Origin: a bacterium
Lineage (GTDB): Bacteria > Krumholzibacteriota > Krumholzibacteriia > G020349025
Length of the DNA: 64,000 bases
Assembly: GCA_031362565.1 (NCBI GenBank)
Contig: JANLSU010000003.1
Coordinates: 1 to 64,000, forward strand
Direction: 5' to 3'
The translations under genes and the position numbers were made by a program. Shown here in pieces: positions 1 through 10,233 of the stretch (the first letter of the stretch is position 1; each line of letters starts with the position of its first letter). Under the pieces are notes generated by a model, which worked only from the letters and a program-made list of their open reading frames with translations, had not been told where the DNA came from and made no database searches.

Positions 1-22
1 ACCAAAACGGGGGGGCAGAGGC

Positions 23-1114
23 ATGCGTTGGTCGAGACGTGATTTTCTGGGCGCGGGCTTGGCAGGGTTCGGAGCGACGCTCGCGACGCGATTCGGCGCC
101 ACGCCGGCGAGTGCCGGCTCGAATCCGGTGCGCAATGCGGCGGCGGCCTCGGCCGCGACCGCTGCCAGCAAGGACGCAACCAAAGCCACCGTGCTCTGCA
201 GCCGCGGTGAGCGCTGGGGCCGCGCGGTCAACGAGGCGGCGTGGAAAGCGCTGCAATCCGGCGGTTCATCGCTCGATGCCGTGGTGGCGGGCGCCAACAT
301 CGTCGAACTGGACCCGGAGGATCAGAGCGTCGGCTATGGCGGCCTTCCAAACGAAGAAGGCGTCGTGCAACTGGATGCCTCCGTCATGTCCGGCAAGCTC
401 AAGAAGTCCGGTGCAGTCGGGGCGCTCGAGCGCATCAAGACACCGAGCGCCGTGGCGCGGCTCGTGTTGGAGCGCACCGATCATGTGATGATCGTCGGTG
501 AAGGTGCGCTCCGATTCGCACACGCGCACGGTTTCCAAGAGGAAGAACTGCTGACCGAGAAATCGCGCCTCGCCTGGCTCAAGTGGAAGGAAAACCTGAG
601 CCCCGCGGACGACTGGAACCCGCCCGCCGACGGCATCTATCTCGATCACGCCGGCCGGCCGACTGGCACGATCAATGTGCTCGCAATCGATGCGAGTGGC
701 GACATTTCGGGCTGCACGACGACCAGCGGCCTCGCCTACAAGTTGCCGGGTCGGCTCGGCGACTCGCCGATCGTCGGCGCGGGTCTGTACGTCGACTTCG
801 AAACAGGCGCCGCCGGGGCGACGGGGCGCGGCGAAGAGGTCATCAAGACGTGCGGCAGCTTCGCCATCGTCGAAGCAATGCGGCGCGGCCTGGCGCCGGA
901 AGAGGCGTGCCTCGAAGCGTGCCGCAGCATCGTCCGCTGGTCGGGCGATCATCCCAAGTTCCAGGTGAAGTTCGTGGCGCTCCGCCGCGATGGCGAGGCC
1001 GGTTGCGCGGCACTCTGGGGTGCCAAGGACAAGCCGAACGAAGCGGCGCTGCAAACCCCGAACGGTTTCCGCGTCTTGGTCGGCAAGTATCTCTTTGAAG
1101 GCGCGCCGGGCTGA
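23..1114 (+). CDS. Tat-exported glycosylasparaginase / isoaspartyl peptidase (Ntn hydrolase, asparaginase_2 family)
   Basis: Tat signal SRRDFL; motifs SVGYGGLPNEEGVVQLDA, TGTI (Thr nucleophile), TTTSGL, PGRLGDSPIVGAG, ATGRGEE. Confidence 0.9.
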   Translation: MRWSRRDFLGAGLAGFGATLATRFGATPASAGSNPVRNAAAASAATAASKDATKATVLCSRGERWGRAVNEAAWKALQSGGSSLDAVVAGANIVELDPEDQSVGYGGLPNEEGVVQLDASVMSGKLKKSGAVGALERIKTPSAVARLVLERTDHVMIVGEGALRFAHAHGFQEEELLTEKSRLAWLKWKENLSPADDWNPPADGIYLDHAGRPTGTINVLAIDASGDISGCTTTSGLAYKLPGRLGDSPIVGAGLYVDFETGAAGATGRGEEVIKTCGSFAIVEAMRRGLAPEEACLEACRSIVRWSGDHPKFQVKFVALRRDGEAGCAALWGAKDKPNEAALQTPNGFRVLVGKYLFEGAPG

Positions 1115-1134
1115 GGGCAAGGGGCGCGGATCGT

Positions 1135-1809
1135 TCAGGGCAGATCGCGTGGCGACACGGGTGCGAGCCACCGTTCGCGCAGCAGGAACGCGCGCGTGCA
1201 GAGTTCGGCAAACGCCCGCACGCTGCGCCCGACGATGACCGCGGTGCGATTCGGATCGCCGTCCAGCCATTCTGCGAAGGTGGCGAGGAATTCCTCGCTT
1301 GCGCCTGGGCTTGCCGCATAGAGAGGGTCGTCGAGCAGGAGCAGCAGCGGATCGTCGAGCCAGGCGTGCGCCATTGCCAGGCGAAAGCGGTCATCGGGCG
1401 CGAATTCGCGGAGCGACGCCGCGGCACCCGTATCGAGGCCGACGCGCTGGAGATGCCGCGCGACCTCGCGGTCGAGAGTCGCCGCCGGCAACCCTTTCAT
1501 TGCGGCGTGTTGCCGCAAATTGTCACGCGCCGAGAGTGACCCCAGAAACGATTCCTGATCGCCGCGCAGATACCCGACGTTCTCCCACACCCGGCGCGGC
1601 TCGGATTGCACATCGATGCCGAGCACCTCGAGCCTGCGAGCGCGGGCTGGAAGCCGGCCCGAGAGCAGGCGCAGAAGGGTGGTCTTTCCGACGCCTGGCG
1701 ATCCGGCGATGGCAATGACCTCTCCAGGCTCGACAGCAAGGTCGAAACGGCGCACTTCGACGCCGTTGCCAGGCAGCTCGAGTCCCTGCACACAAATGGC
1801 TGCATCCAT
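1135..1809 (-). CDS. ABC-type ATP-binding protein with degenerate catalytic motifs
   Basis: ATG at 1809 (MDAAICVQGL); Walker A GSPGVGKTT; signature, Walker B and H-loop altered (FAPDD, LLLLDDP, IVGR). Confidence 0.8.
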   Translation of the reverse strand: MDAAICVQGLELPGNGVEVRRFDLAVEPGEVIAIAGSPGVGKTTLLRLLSGRLPARARRLEVLGIDVQSEPRRVWENVGYLRGDQESFLGSLSARDNLRQHAAMKGLPAATLDREVARHLQRVGLDTGAAASLREFAPDDRFRLAMAHAWLDDPLLLLLDDPLYAASPGASEEFLATFAEWLDGDPNRTAVIVGRSVRAFAELCTRAFLLRERWLAPVSPRDLP

Positions 1810-1887
1810 GTGATAAGAATACCCGAGTCCTGCTGGGGCGACAATGCCGCTGCCTGAAGCGGGCGCGCCAACCTTGGAGGATCTGCC

Positions 1888-2613
1888 GTGCGACGACTTT
1901 GGATGGCTGCTGCAGCAACCGCGGCCCTGCTGGCGGCCTACCCGTCGACGGCGTCGGCCGCGGGCGACAACTCGTGGTGGCCGCGCGAAGGCAAAGCCTA
2001 TTTCATGATCGGTTGGGCGGGGATCGATGTCACTGGGTTGAATGACGCGCTCGCGAGCCATGGTTACGACCGCTTCGGCACGGACTTCTTGTCGATCGGC
2101 GGCGAAGGCCATTCGACTTTTCGGCGCTTCGTGATTGGCGCGCAGGGTTATGGCCTCTTGACCCGCGACCGTGATGTGAGTCTGGTGAGCGGGCCTTTCC
2201 GCAGCCGTTTGCGCGGCGGCGCGGGCTTCTTGGACTTGGGCGTCGTGGCGCTGCGGCGCGGGCGTACGTCGCTCACCGGGCTTCTCGGTTTGGGCGGCGG
2301 ATCCGCGGTACTCGACGTCGTCGATCGCGGCACGACATCGTTCGACGGCGCGATTGCCGATCCGCGTCTCTCGATGACCATCCGCCGGGCGGCATTCTTG
2401 ATCGATCTTGGTGGCACGCTCGATACCTACATTCGCACTTGGCAATCGTCGCAAGGCCAGAGCGGACCCGCGTTCGGCGTTCGCGCCGGTTATGTCTTCG
2501 CGCCGGCGCAGGGCGATTGGAGCTTCGACAATCGCGGCCTGAGCGGCGGCCCGGATGCGCCGCTCACCGGGCCCTACGTGCGGCTTTTGCTGGGGTTTGG
2601 CGGCGAGCGCTGA
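1888..2613 (+). CDS. Secreted hypothetical protein, probable outer-membrane beta-barrel
   Basis: GGAGG SD before GTG; Ala-rich signal peptide; alternating Gly/aromatic strands; C-terminal GPYVRLLLGFG. Confidence 0.7.
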   Translation: MRRLWMAAAATAALLAAYPSTASAAGDNSWWPREGKAYFMIGWAGIDVTGLNDALASHGYDRFGTDFLSIGGEGHSTFRRFVIGAQGYGLLTRDRDVSLVSGPFRSRLRGGAGFLDLGVVALRRGRTSLTGLLGLGGGSAVLDVVDRGTTSFDGAIADPRLSMTIRRAAFLIDLGGTLDTYIRTWQSSQGQSGPAFGVRAGYVFAPAQGDWSFDNRGLSGGPDAPLTGPYVRLLLGFGGER

Positions 2614-2636
2614 TTCGGACGGCGAGCAGTTCGAAA

Positions 2637-3581
2637 TCAATACCGATCGAGATCATGGCCGATGACAGTGCGCCCCGTGAATCCACCGGCGCGCACCCCC
2701 GTGAGTAGTTCCTCGTCGCTCGCATGCATTCGCACGATGTGATGCAGCACGAGGAGCTTCGGCTGCGCCGCGGCAGCGATGCGGCCGAGTTCGACATCGG
2801 ACGTATGAAATTCCCGCATGTATTGTGGCCAGTCCTCGCCTCCCGGACGATTCTCGGGCCCGAGCTTGGACGCCGGATAGGTTTCGAAGATCAGAACATC
2901 GACGCCGCGTGCGGCGGTCGCCAGCGCATCGCATGGCCGCGTGTCACCCGAGATCACGATTGATCGGGTCGGAGTGTCGATGCGGAACCCGTATGCGTGC
3001 TTCCAATCGCCATGCTGCACCGGAATTGCCGTAACGCGCACCCCGGCACTGTCGTATACGACGCCGGCTTCGATCTCGTGGACCGCCACGGAGTAGCCGC
3101 CGGCCGTCTCATGCTCGAGACCGGACGTGCGGATGTCGATGTCTTCCGCCCACGCCCCGAGCAAGTGATCCGTCATGTTCTGCAGCCCCGGCGGCCCGAA
3201 CACTTGCAGCGGCGCATGCCGCCCCATCACCCAGGACGTAAGGATGAGATCGGGATAGCCGAGCGTATGGTCACTGTGCAAATGCGTGATGAAGAGCGCC
3301 GTCACGCCGTCAATCGGCAACCCCGCCGCGTTCATGCGCCGCATGACGCCGGCGCCCGCATCGAAGAGGAAAACGCGCCGCCCCACGACGATCGCCGTCG
3401 CCGGCCCCGACGCCGCCGGATCCGGCCGCGGCGTCCCCGTCCCGAGCAGAACGACCTGCGTGCTGTCCGGCGACGCTGCCGCTGCGGTGGTTGTCGCCAT
3501 CGCGCCAGCGGGGAAAGTCGCCACGGCAACCGCGACGAGTGCCGTCAACACCACCGTCGTGCATGAACTCCCGGTGGCCAT
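2637..3581 (-). CDS. Secreted MBL-fold hydrolase (RNase Z/ElaC-AtsA arylsulfatase-like)
   Basis: LLGTGTP, LFDAG, THLHSDH, SGDT, HT, LVLHH motifs; hydrophobic N-terminal signal peptide. Confidence 0.85.
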   Translation of the reverse strand: MATGSSCTTVVLTALVAVAVATFPAGAMATTTAAAASPDSTQVVLLGTGTPRPDPAASGPATAIVVGRRVFLFDAGAGVMRRMNAAGLPIDGVTALFITHLHSDHTLGYPDLILTSWVMGRHAPLQVFGPPGLQNMTDHLLGAWAEDIDIRTSGLEHETAGGYSVAVHEIEAGVVYDSAGVRVTAIPVQHGDWKHAYGFRIDTPTRSIVISGDTRPCDALATAARGVDVLIFETYPASKLGPENRPGGEDWPQYMREFHTSDVELGRIAAAAQPKLLVLHHIVRMHASDEELLTGVRAGGFTGRTVIGHDLDRY

Positions 3582-3583
3582 GG

Positions 3584-4024
3584 TCACCGGTACTTGCGAG
3601 CGAATTGTTCGTCCGACATCGCGAGGTAGAGGATTCCCTCGACGATGCCGACGATGGCGGGAACCCCCGTCCAGCACAGGATCAGGTACACGACACCAAG
3701 GCCAGTGTCACCGAGATAGAATTTGTGGGCCCCGAAACTCCCGAGCAGGATGGCGAAGAGCGCGGCGGAGATTCGACTCTTCCCGCTTGGCGTCAAATAC
3801 ACGGGCGTTTGCACCGGTGGCGGAGTGACGGTTGTTCCCGGCGCATACAGGCCGTCGACGTGTCCCGCCGCGACCCAGTATGGGAACCCGGTCTTCCACA
3901 CTGGATCTACCGGGAGCAGCAGTCCCTCGCGCACCCGCTCCTGCAGCGCCGCCCAAGTCACGGGCCCGACGCGGCGGTCGGCGACGATGTACCACCACTG
4001 CTGCTCCGTCGCTTCGTCGGACAT
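3584..4024 (-). CDS. GYF_2 (DUF4339) + TM2/NINE domain membrane protein
   Basis: WWY...GPV...VWKTGFPYW (GYF_2); KSRISAALFAILLGSFGAHKFYLG (TM2). Confidence 0.85.
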   Translation of the reverse strand: MSDEATEQQWWYIVADRRVGPVTWAALQERVREGLLLPVDPVWKTGFPYWVAAGHVDGLYAPGTTVTPPPVQTPVYLTPSGKSRISAALFAILLGSFGAHKFYLGDTGLGVVYLILCWTGVPAIVGIVEGILYLAMSDEQFARKYR

Positions 4025-4054
4025 CAATCCACGCTCCGCGTTTGGGGGCCGATC

Positions 4055-4530
4055 CTACCACCGAAGGCCCCGCGCGGGCCAGCGAGCGCCCGTGGGCGGA
4101 ACCACTACGGTCACGTACGTTGTACAATGAGCCATTGTTTCGCCGCCGGCCATCGCTCCGACCGTGCACCCGATTCCAACACCGGCGCCGAGATAGGACA
4201 GGGCACCGAATCCGCAAAGCTCGCCGTGGCAGTCGCCGTAGCGAATCTTGTAGCTGATCGCGCCGGTGACGACCCCAAGCACGACACCAGTCGCAAAGCC
4301 GCGCAGAACGTTCACCCTCCGTGGATGGCGGCCGCGTTCGACCTCGACAACTCCAAACGCGCGGACGCAAGAGCAGGAAGGCGAAAGGCAGCCACTCCGC
4401 GCCAACTCTTAGTCGTCGCACAATTCTCCCGCGGTCACACCGCTTGCGCTGGGGAATGCTGCCGCCGTCATTTCGGCCTGAACGCTGGGCTCCGCGCCGT
4501 TCCTTGTTGTTTCCCGTTGTTGTCGCCGGT
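4055..4530 (-). pseudogene. Possible degraded glycine-zipper-type membrane protein gene
   Basis: One frame reads VEVERGRHPRRVNVLRGFATGVVLGVVTGAI...GAGVGIGCTVGAMAG but has no credible start; upstream protein-like sequence is in other frames. Confidence 0.3.
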
Positions 4531-4668
4531 GTGATCTTTGTGTGTTCTTCGCCGGCTGACAATGCGGTCGAACGCCTTCGCAGTGTACAATAGAGAAGGC
4601 TCGCTCGCCTCGATCGGCCGCCAGTCCTTCCGCCCGCACAATCCCCTCGACCACCGGGAGTCTCCGCC

Positions 4669-6009
4669 ATGCGTGTTCTCCGGCACCACCGCCCCAGTGC
4701 CTTGCCGCCACCGGTGACCCGATGGGCAATTGGACTCATGACGCTCGCGGTGACATTCACCGCGCGCGCCGCGACGATCGAAGTCGCGCCCAGTGGCGCC
4801 GGTGCCTACGCAACAATTCAGGCGGCAGTCAACGGCGCGCAGCCGGGTGATGTCATCGAACTGTTGGATGGCACCTTTCACGGGCCAGGCAACCGGGACA
4901 TCGACTATCTCGGCAAGGCGATCACGATCCGGTCGCGAAGCGGTCAGGCTTCTCTCTGTGTCGTCGACTGCGGCGGACAACCAATGACCCCGCATCGCGG
5001 CTTCCTCTTCCAGTCGGGCGAGGGCACGGGATCCGTCCTCCAGGACGTGCGGGTCGAAAGCGCCCACTTTTGGGCCGAAGGCGGCGCCGTGCTTTGCACG
5101 GCCGCGTCGCCAACGCTGCTGCGGGTCGAGTTCGCGGACAACTATTCGAACTTCGGTGGCGGACTCGCGTGTCTCAACGGCGCCAATCCGCAAGTGCAGG
5201 GTTGCACGTTCATGGGCAATCTTTCCGATTTCGGCAGCGCCGCTGCGTGCCGCGGCTCTTCGCCGCAGATCGTCGACTGCCGTTTCGTGGACAATCTGAC
5301 CGCCGAGATCGGCGGCGGCCTGCTCTGCGAACAGAACTCGAATCCCACCATCGAGCGCTGCTCGTTCGAAACCAACCGCGCCGAAGTCGGCGCCGGAATG
5401 GCCTGCCGCGATGCGTCGAACCCCAAGGTGTTTCAGACGCGGTTCGTGCAGAATTCGGCCCACGAAGCGGGTGCGGTGTGGTGCGCCAACTCGTCGCCGG
5501 TGTTCACGGAATGCCTCTTTGCCGCCAACGAAGCTTCCGAACGTGGTGGGGCACTGCTCTGTGTGTTCGCCGCGCCGCAGCTCTCGCGCTGTACGCTCTA
5601 CGGCAACCACGCGCCGGTGGCTGCTGGAATCTTCGCTTGGCTGGACTCAGCACCCGTCGTGGAGTCGACGATCATCGCGTTCTCGCCCCAAGGCGAAGCC
5701 GTCGCCTGCACCGATGGCGGCACAGCGACGCTCTCTTGTAGCGATGTCTACGGCAACGCCGGCGGCGATTGGTCCGGAAGTATCGCGGCCCAAATGGCGG
5801 GCGACGGCAATTTTGGCGCCGACCCGCGATTCTGCGACACTTCCACCGGTGTTCTACATTTGTGGGCTAACTCGCCGTGCCTGCCGGGCAATCATCCGGG
5901 TGGAGCGACTTGCGGCGTCATCGGCGCCTTCGGATTTGCCTGCACGCCGGTGCGAGTCGAGAGCACAACCTGGGGTCAGCTCAAGTCGTTGTATCGCGGC
6001 GGACGCTGA
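4669..6009 (+). CDS. Secreted right-handed beta-helix (Pmp-like GGA/FxxN repeat) protein with C-terminal TWGxxK tail
   Basis: Signal peptide; TIQAAV...GDVIEL..GTF.G.GN start; about 8 repeats of GGx(L/V)xC...P...C.F..N; ADPRFC and SPC motifs; ends VESTTWGQLKSLYRGGR. Confidence 0.85.
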   Translation: MRVLRHHRPSALPPPVTRWAIGLMTLAVTFTARAATIEVAPSGAGAYATIQAAVNGAQPGDVIELLDGTFHGPGNRDIDYLGKAITIRSRSGQASLCVVDCGGQPMTPHRGFLFQSGEGTGSVLQDVRVESAHFWAEGGAVLCTAASPTLLRVEFADNYSNFGGGLACLNGANPQVQGCTFMGNLSDFGSAAACRGSSPQIVDCRFVDNLTAEIGGGLLCEQNSNPTIERCSFETNRAEVGAGMACRDASNPKVFQTRFVQNSAHEAGAVWCANSSPVFTECLFAANEASERGGALLCVFAAPQLSRCTLYGNHAPVAAGIFAWLDSAPVVESTIIAFSPQGEAVACTDGGTATLSCSDVYGNAGGDWSGSIAAQMAGDGNFGADPRFCDTSTGVLHLWANSPCLPGNHPGGATCGVIGAFGFACTPVRVESTTWGQLKSLYRGGR

Positions 6010-6027
6010 GCCGGCGCGATGCGCCGA

Positions 6028-6477
6028 CTACTCCGGCCGCCCGGCGCCGCGCTCCGAGAGCATGTGTTCGTACTCCGTGTCCATGAGCGGGCTCGAGAGC
6101 AGGAAGTCGGCGGTAGCCCGGTTGCACGCGATCGGCGTGTTGTACACGACTGTGATGCGCAGCAGCGCCTTCACGTCCACGTCGTGTGGATGCGGCTCCA
6201 GCGGGTCCCAAAAGAAAATCACGAGGTCGATCCGGCGCTCCGCAATGGCGGCGCCGACTTGCTGATCGCCGCCCATCGGCCCACTCAAGAAGCGCGTGAC
6301 CCCGAGCCCGAGCTCGGCGGCGAGCAGCCCTCCCGTAGTGCCGGTCGCGAACAGCTCGTGGCGGCTCAATGTCCCGACGTTGAACCGCGCCCACTCGAGC
6401 AGATCCGCCTTGCAGTTGTCGTGGGCGATCAACGCGATGCGCTTCCGCCCCGCCATCCGGACTTTCTTTACGTCCAC
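6028..6477 (-). CDS. mgsA: Methylglyoxal synthase
   Basis: [43 protein letters not shown]. Confidence 0.97.
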   Translation of the reverse strand: MDVKKVRMAGRKRIALIAHDNCKADLLEWARFNVGTLSRHELFATGTTGGLLAAELGLGVTRFLSGPMGGDQQVGAAIAERRIDLVIFFWDPLEPHPHDVDVKALLRITVVYNTPIACNRATADFLLSSPLMDTEYEHMLSERGAGRPE

Positions 6478-6582
6478 GGGTCACCTCCGCCAAACGGCGG
6501 AGGGTAGCACAGGCAGGCGACTCCCCGCCGCGCGACTCTACGCGGCCTTGATGAGCGGGGCATCGGCTCGTCGCCTCGTCCC

Positions 6583-7275
6583 CTACCGCGCCGCCGATGT
6601 CCGCGCCTGTTCTTCCGCTTGGCGCTCCAGCTTTTCGCTCGGGGCGATGTGGACCGCGACGCGCCGATTCTTGGCGCGGCCGTCTTCGTCCGAGTTGCTC
6701 GTCACGGGAGCTGTTTCACCATAGCCGCGTGCCGAGAGCCTTCGTCCGGGGACGCCGCGATTGACGAGGTAGCTCTTCACCGCGGTCGCACGCCGATCCG
6801 ACAGCCGCAGGTTGTATGCATCGCTCCCGACATTGTCGGTGTGCCCGATCACGATGAGGTTCGTGTCCGGATACTCGATCAGGACGGTGCTCATCTGCTG
6901 CAAGTTGTCCTTGGCTCCGACCTTCAACGCCGACGAATCGAAATCGAACAGAATCGGCGCCGCGAAGGTTACAACGAGCCGGTCCCCCTCGCGCTGCACG
7001 TCGGCCCCGGGGATTTTCTCGAGTTCCTTCTTTTGCCGTTCCATGTAGTCACCGATGATCGCGCCTGCAGCCGCACCGACCGCGCCCCCGACGACCGCTC
7101 CCGTTCCGGTACGCCCGCCTTGATGGCCGATGACCGCACCGGTCGCGGCTCCAACTGCACCACCGATCGCGCCGCCTTTCTTCGCACCACTCGTGCAGCC
7201 GACGAGTTGCAGCGCAACGAGCCCTATGGCAATGAGCATCAGGCGAAACATGTTCTTGTGGATTGATCTTCGCAT
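6583..7275 (-). CDS. OmpA-family lipoprotein with glycine zipper (YiaD-like)
   Basis: Lipobox LVGC; Gly-zipper repeats; LFDFDS, GHTDNVG...N.RLS.RRA, NRRV. Confidence 0.92.
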   Translation of the reverse strand: MRRSIHKNMFRLMLIAIGLVALQLVGCTSGAKKGGAIGGAVGAATGAVIGHQGGRTGTGAVVGGAVGAAAGAIIGDYMERQKKELEKIPGADVQREGDRLVVTFAAPILFDFDSSALKVGAKDNLQQMSTVLIEYPDTNLIVIGHTDNVGSDAYNLRLSDRRATAVKSYLVNRGVPGRRLSARGYGETAPVTSNSDEDGRAKNRRVAVHIAPSEKLERQAEEQARTSAAR

Positions 7276-7605
7276 GTTCTGGACCTCCAGTGTCTCTCGA
7301 TTGACCGAGGCGTGTAATCCTGCCGGCAGTGTAGAGCCACGAGCGGCGGGCATCAAGCACAAGCACCGGTCCCAGTTTCAAATCGGCGCTCGCGCGCGGA
7401 CAGTCTGACGCGAACTTCATGAAGAGGCGTTCACTCAAGCGAACCGAAGGCGGGAGCAAAGACGTCCGCCACCGAAGGCGCAACAGGCCGGGACGGGATT
7501 CCTTCCCGCGCTTGCACGGTGGTAGGGCGACTGTTCTCTTTCGAACGGAAAAACACCGCCCGAACGCCGACATCGTCTGCTGATTCCAGAGGACTGCCGC
7601 AAGGG

Positions 7606-8094
7606 TCACTCCGGCGGTTCGCCGACGTTGACTCTCGGCTCCTCGTCCAGCCGCTCCTCGGCCACGAACGCGATTCGCATACCCCAGCCGGCGAAGGTGG
7701 TCAGCATGCGCCCAAACTCTTGCAGGCTGAACTCGCGCTCATCGATCCAGATCGTTGGCTCGCCTCGTGGACCGCCGTCCTCAATGACGCAGCGCAAGAC
7801 CTCGCCGCGCGGAACCCATTGATCACTCCTCTTCGAGTACTCAACCTGAGGGAAGCCTGGTGCTACTTCGAGAACGACGTTCTCGTGCTCTGCCGCCGCA
7901 CGCTCTCGGGCACGAACGGTATCGTTGTATTCATCCAGGATCTCGGCCTTGGTCATGGTGTGCACCCGTGCACCGAGAATCAGGCTTGTCGAGCCTATTG
8001 TTGGATCGTGATGTTCGATGAGTGCGGCTTCGGCTTCCCGCGTGATGCTCACCTCGTCGAGCCGTGCAACGCGTGGCTTCTTCACACGTGGCAT
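7606..8094 (-). CDS. Conserved hypothetical protein
   Basis: GGAGG SD; globular composition with WVPRGEVLRC and FGRMLTTFAGWGMRIAF motifs. Confidence 0.75.
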   Translation of the reverse strand: MPRVKKPRVARLDEVSITREAEAALIEHHDPTIGSTSLILGARVHTMTKAEILDEYNDTVRARERAAAEHENVVLEVAPGFPQVEYSKRSDQWVPRGEVLRCVIEDGGPRGEPTIWIDEREFSLQEFGRMLTTFAGWGMRIAFVAEERLDEEPRVNVGEPPE

Positions 8095-8172
8095 TTGGAA
8101 CCTCCTCTGCGTAGGCGGAGCCGCCGACGGCGTCCTTTGTGCGGGGCAAGGCGCGATCGAGATCGCGACGCG

Positions 8173-10140
8173 TCAGTTCCCCGCCACCAACGACGGCCCC
8201 GGCCGGCGGTTGTCTCCGGCCCGGGCCGTGACGCCTTTGCGATCGAAGTACTCGAGCAGCGGCACGGCGAACTTGCGCGACAGACCAGTCAGATCCTTGA
8301 AATCCGTCATCGTCATCTCGGCGTGTGATGCGAGATAGGTGCGCAGTTTGGCATCGAGTTCTTCGAGCGCCACGGGATGATAGAAGAGCGAATCTCCCAC
8401 CTTGACGAGCGCACCGGCCTCCTCGAGCAAGCTGACGAAGGCAGAGAAGCGCGGTCCCACCCCGAGCTGCGTTTGCAGGTCATTCGGGGTCGGCGGTGAC
8501 GCACCGCCGGCGCGCAGAAGGGATTCGAACTTTTCGAGCGTGGCGCGATCTGCCGCCGCGAGCTGCCGATCGGGTGTGCCTACCCGCACCGCGTCGGAAC
8601 GCAAGTGGATCGCAGGCTCGCCCGCGGCCGTTTCGTCCGGCGCCGCGTCGCGCCCGCTCCGTGCCGCCACCGCTTCGAGTAGCTCCGTGAACCGCCCTTT
8701 GGTCCCGCGGTGCCCGAGCCGCTCCTGAAGTTCGGCGCGGCCGATCCCCCACGTGAGTGGATTCACCTTCTGATATTCCGCAGCGATGCGCCGGACTTCG
8801 TGCACCGTTTCGGTGATCCGAATCGCATCGTAGTACGCGTCGCCGCAGCGCAGAATCGAGCCGTTGGCGACTGAAACTTCGATCGCCTCGTCGAGCGCCT
8901 CCTCGGGAACGATGCGCGCCGCGCGCAGCTCGTTTTGCGTCAACCCGGCGACTCCGGCGCGCCGCACCGCATCGCGCACCAACTCGTCGGCGCCACCCTT
9001 TTCGCGCAGGGCGATCGCTGCCAGCACGTCGTCGCGAAATCGCTTGTGCTTGCTAGGCGCTGCATCGAGCACTACCGCACCGCCAAGCGTCCGCATCGGC
9101 GAATACTGCCGCAGCACGATGCGGTCGCCGCGCTCGGCCGCGAGCGGCGACTCGAGCCGCAGTTGCGCCGGCCCCGAATCGCCCGGCAACAGTTCATCGC
9201 GATCCAGCAACACGACGCGTCCGAAAAGCTCGTTCGCGCCATGGTGGATGCGCACCCGCGTCCGGTTCAAGAGCGCCCGTTCCCAGGTCGGCAACACGCG
9301 TAGCGTCACATCCAGCATGAACGTCGGCTTCATCATGCCGCTCGTTGCGACCACCATGCCGCGCTCGACTTCGTCGTTCTTCGGCCCATGCAGATTGAGC
9401 GCCACCCGTTCACCGGCAAATGCGGTCTGGCGCTTTTCGCCGTGGACTTGAATGCCGCGGACGCGAGCTTGCAATCCCACCGGCAACACTTCGACCGTGT
9501 CGCCTTCATGCACGCGGCCGGACCAAGCAGTACCCGTCACCAAGAGCCCGGCGCCGGCAATCGTGAACGCCCGGTCGATAGGCAAACGGAAGTAGGTATC
9601 ACTCGGACGCGGCGGCAGTTTGGCAGTCACGGTGTCGAGCGCCTGGCGCAGGTCGTCGAGCCCGCGGCCCGTCTTGGCCGAGACGCGCACCCGCGGCGCA
9701 TGTTCCAGGAACGTGCCGTGCACCAAATCCTCGACTTCGGCGTCCACGACATCCAGCGTGTCGTCATCGGCCAGGTCGGCCTTCGTCAACACGACGACGC
9801 CGCCCTTGAGTTCGAGCAGTTGCAGGATTTCCAGGTGCTCACGGGTCTGCGGCATGACGCTCTCGTCGGCCGCCACGATCAACATCCCCAGGTCCATGCC
9901 GGCAGCGCCCGCCACCATGGCCTTCACGAAACGCTCGTGCCCGGGAACGTCGATGAGACCGACGCGGTCACCGCTCGGCAGCTTCAATTCGGCAAAGCCG
10001 AGTTCGATGGAAATACCACGTTCCTGCTCTTCCTTGAGCCGGTCGGTATTGACGCCGGTCAGCGCCTTCACGAGTTCGGTCTTGCCGTGATCGACGTGTC
10101 CCGCGGTGCCGATGATGACGTGCCGGTTCGGTCGTGCCAT
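8173..10140 (-). CDS. selB: Selenocysteine-specific elongation factor SelB
   Basis: [32 protein letters not shown]-terminal winged helix with [14 protein letters not shown]. Confidence 0.96.
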   Translation of the reverse strand: MARPNRHVIIGTAGHVDHGKTELVKALTGVNTDRLKEEQERGISIELGFAELKLPSGDRVGLIDVPGHERFVKAMVAGAAGMDLGMLIVAADESVMPQTREHLEILQLLELKGGVVVLTKADLADDDTLDVVDAEVEDLVHGTFLEHAPRVRVSAKTGRGLDDLRQALDTVTAKLPPRPSDTYFRLPIDRAFTIAGAGLLVTGTAWSGRVHEGDTVEVLPVGLQARVRGIQVHGEKRQTAFAGERVALNLHGPKNDEVERGMVVATSGMMKPTFMLDVTLRVLPTWERALLNRTRVRIHHGANELFGRVVLLDRDELLPGDSGPAQLRLESPLAAERGDRIVLRQYSPMRTLGGAVVLDAAPSKHKRFRDDVLAAIALREKGGADELVRDAVRRAGVAGLTQNELRAARIVPEEALDEAIEVSVANGSILRCGDAYYDAIRITETVHEVRRIAAEYQKVNPLTWGIGRAELQERLGHRGTKGRFTELLEAVAARSGRDAAPDETAAGEPAIHLRSDAVRVGTPDRQLAAADRATLEKFESLLRAGGASPPTPNDLQTQLGVGPRFSAFVSLLEEAGALVKVGDSLFYHPVALEELDAKLRTYLASHAEMTMTDFKDLTGLSRKFAVPLLEYFDRKGVTARAGDNRRPGPSLVAGN

Positions 10141-10233
10141 GGCCGCAGTATAGCGAGCGAGAAGGCCCCTCGCTGGAGCCTTCTCGCTTGATGCCATCCA
10201 AGCCTTTGCGGTCCGGTCGGGCGGGGACCGGCA

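Noticed and set aside
7351..7380. sigma54-like site upstream of the OmpA gene (CTGGGACCGGTGCTTGT)
   Set aside because: The -12 GC is GT and the -24 element is imperfect
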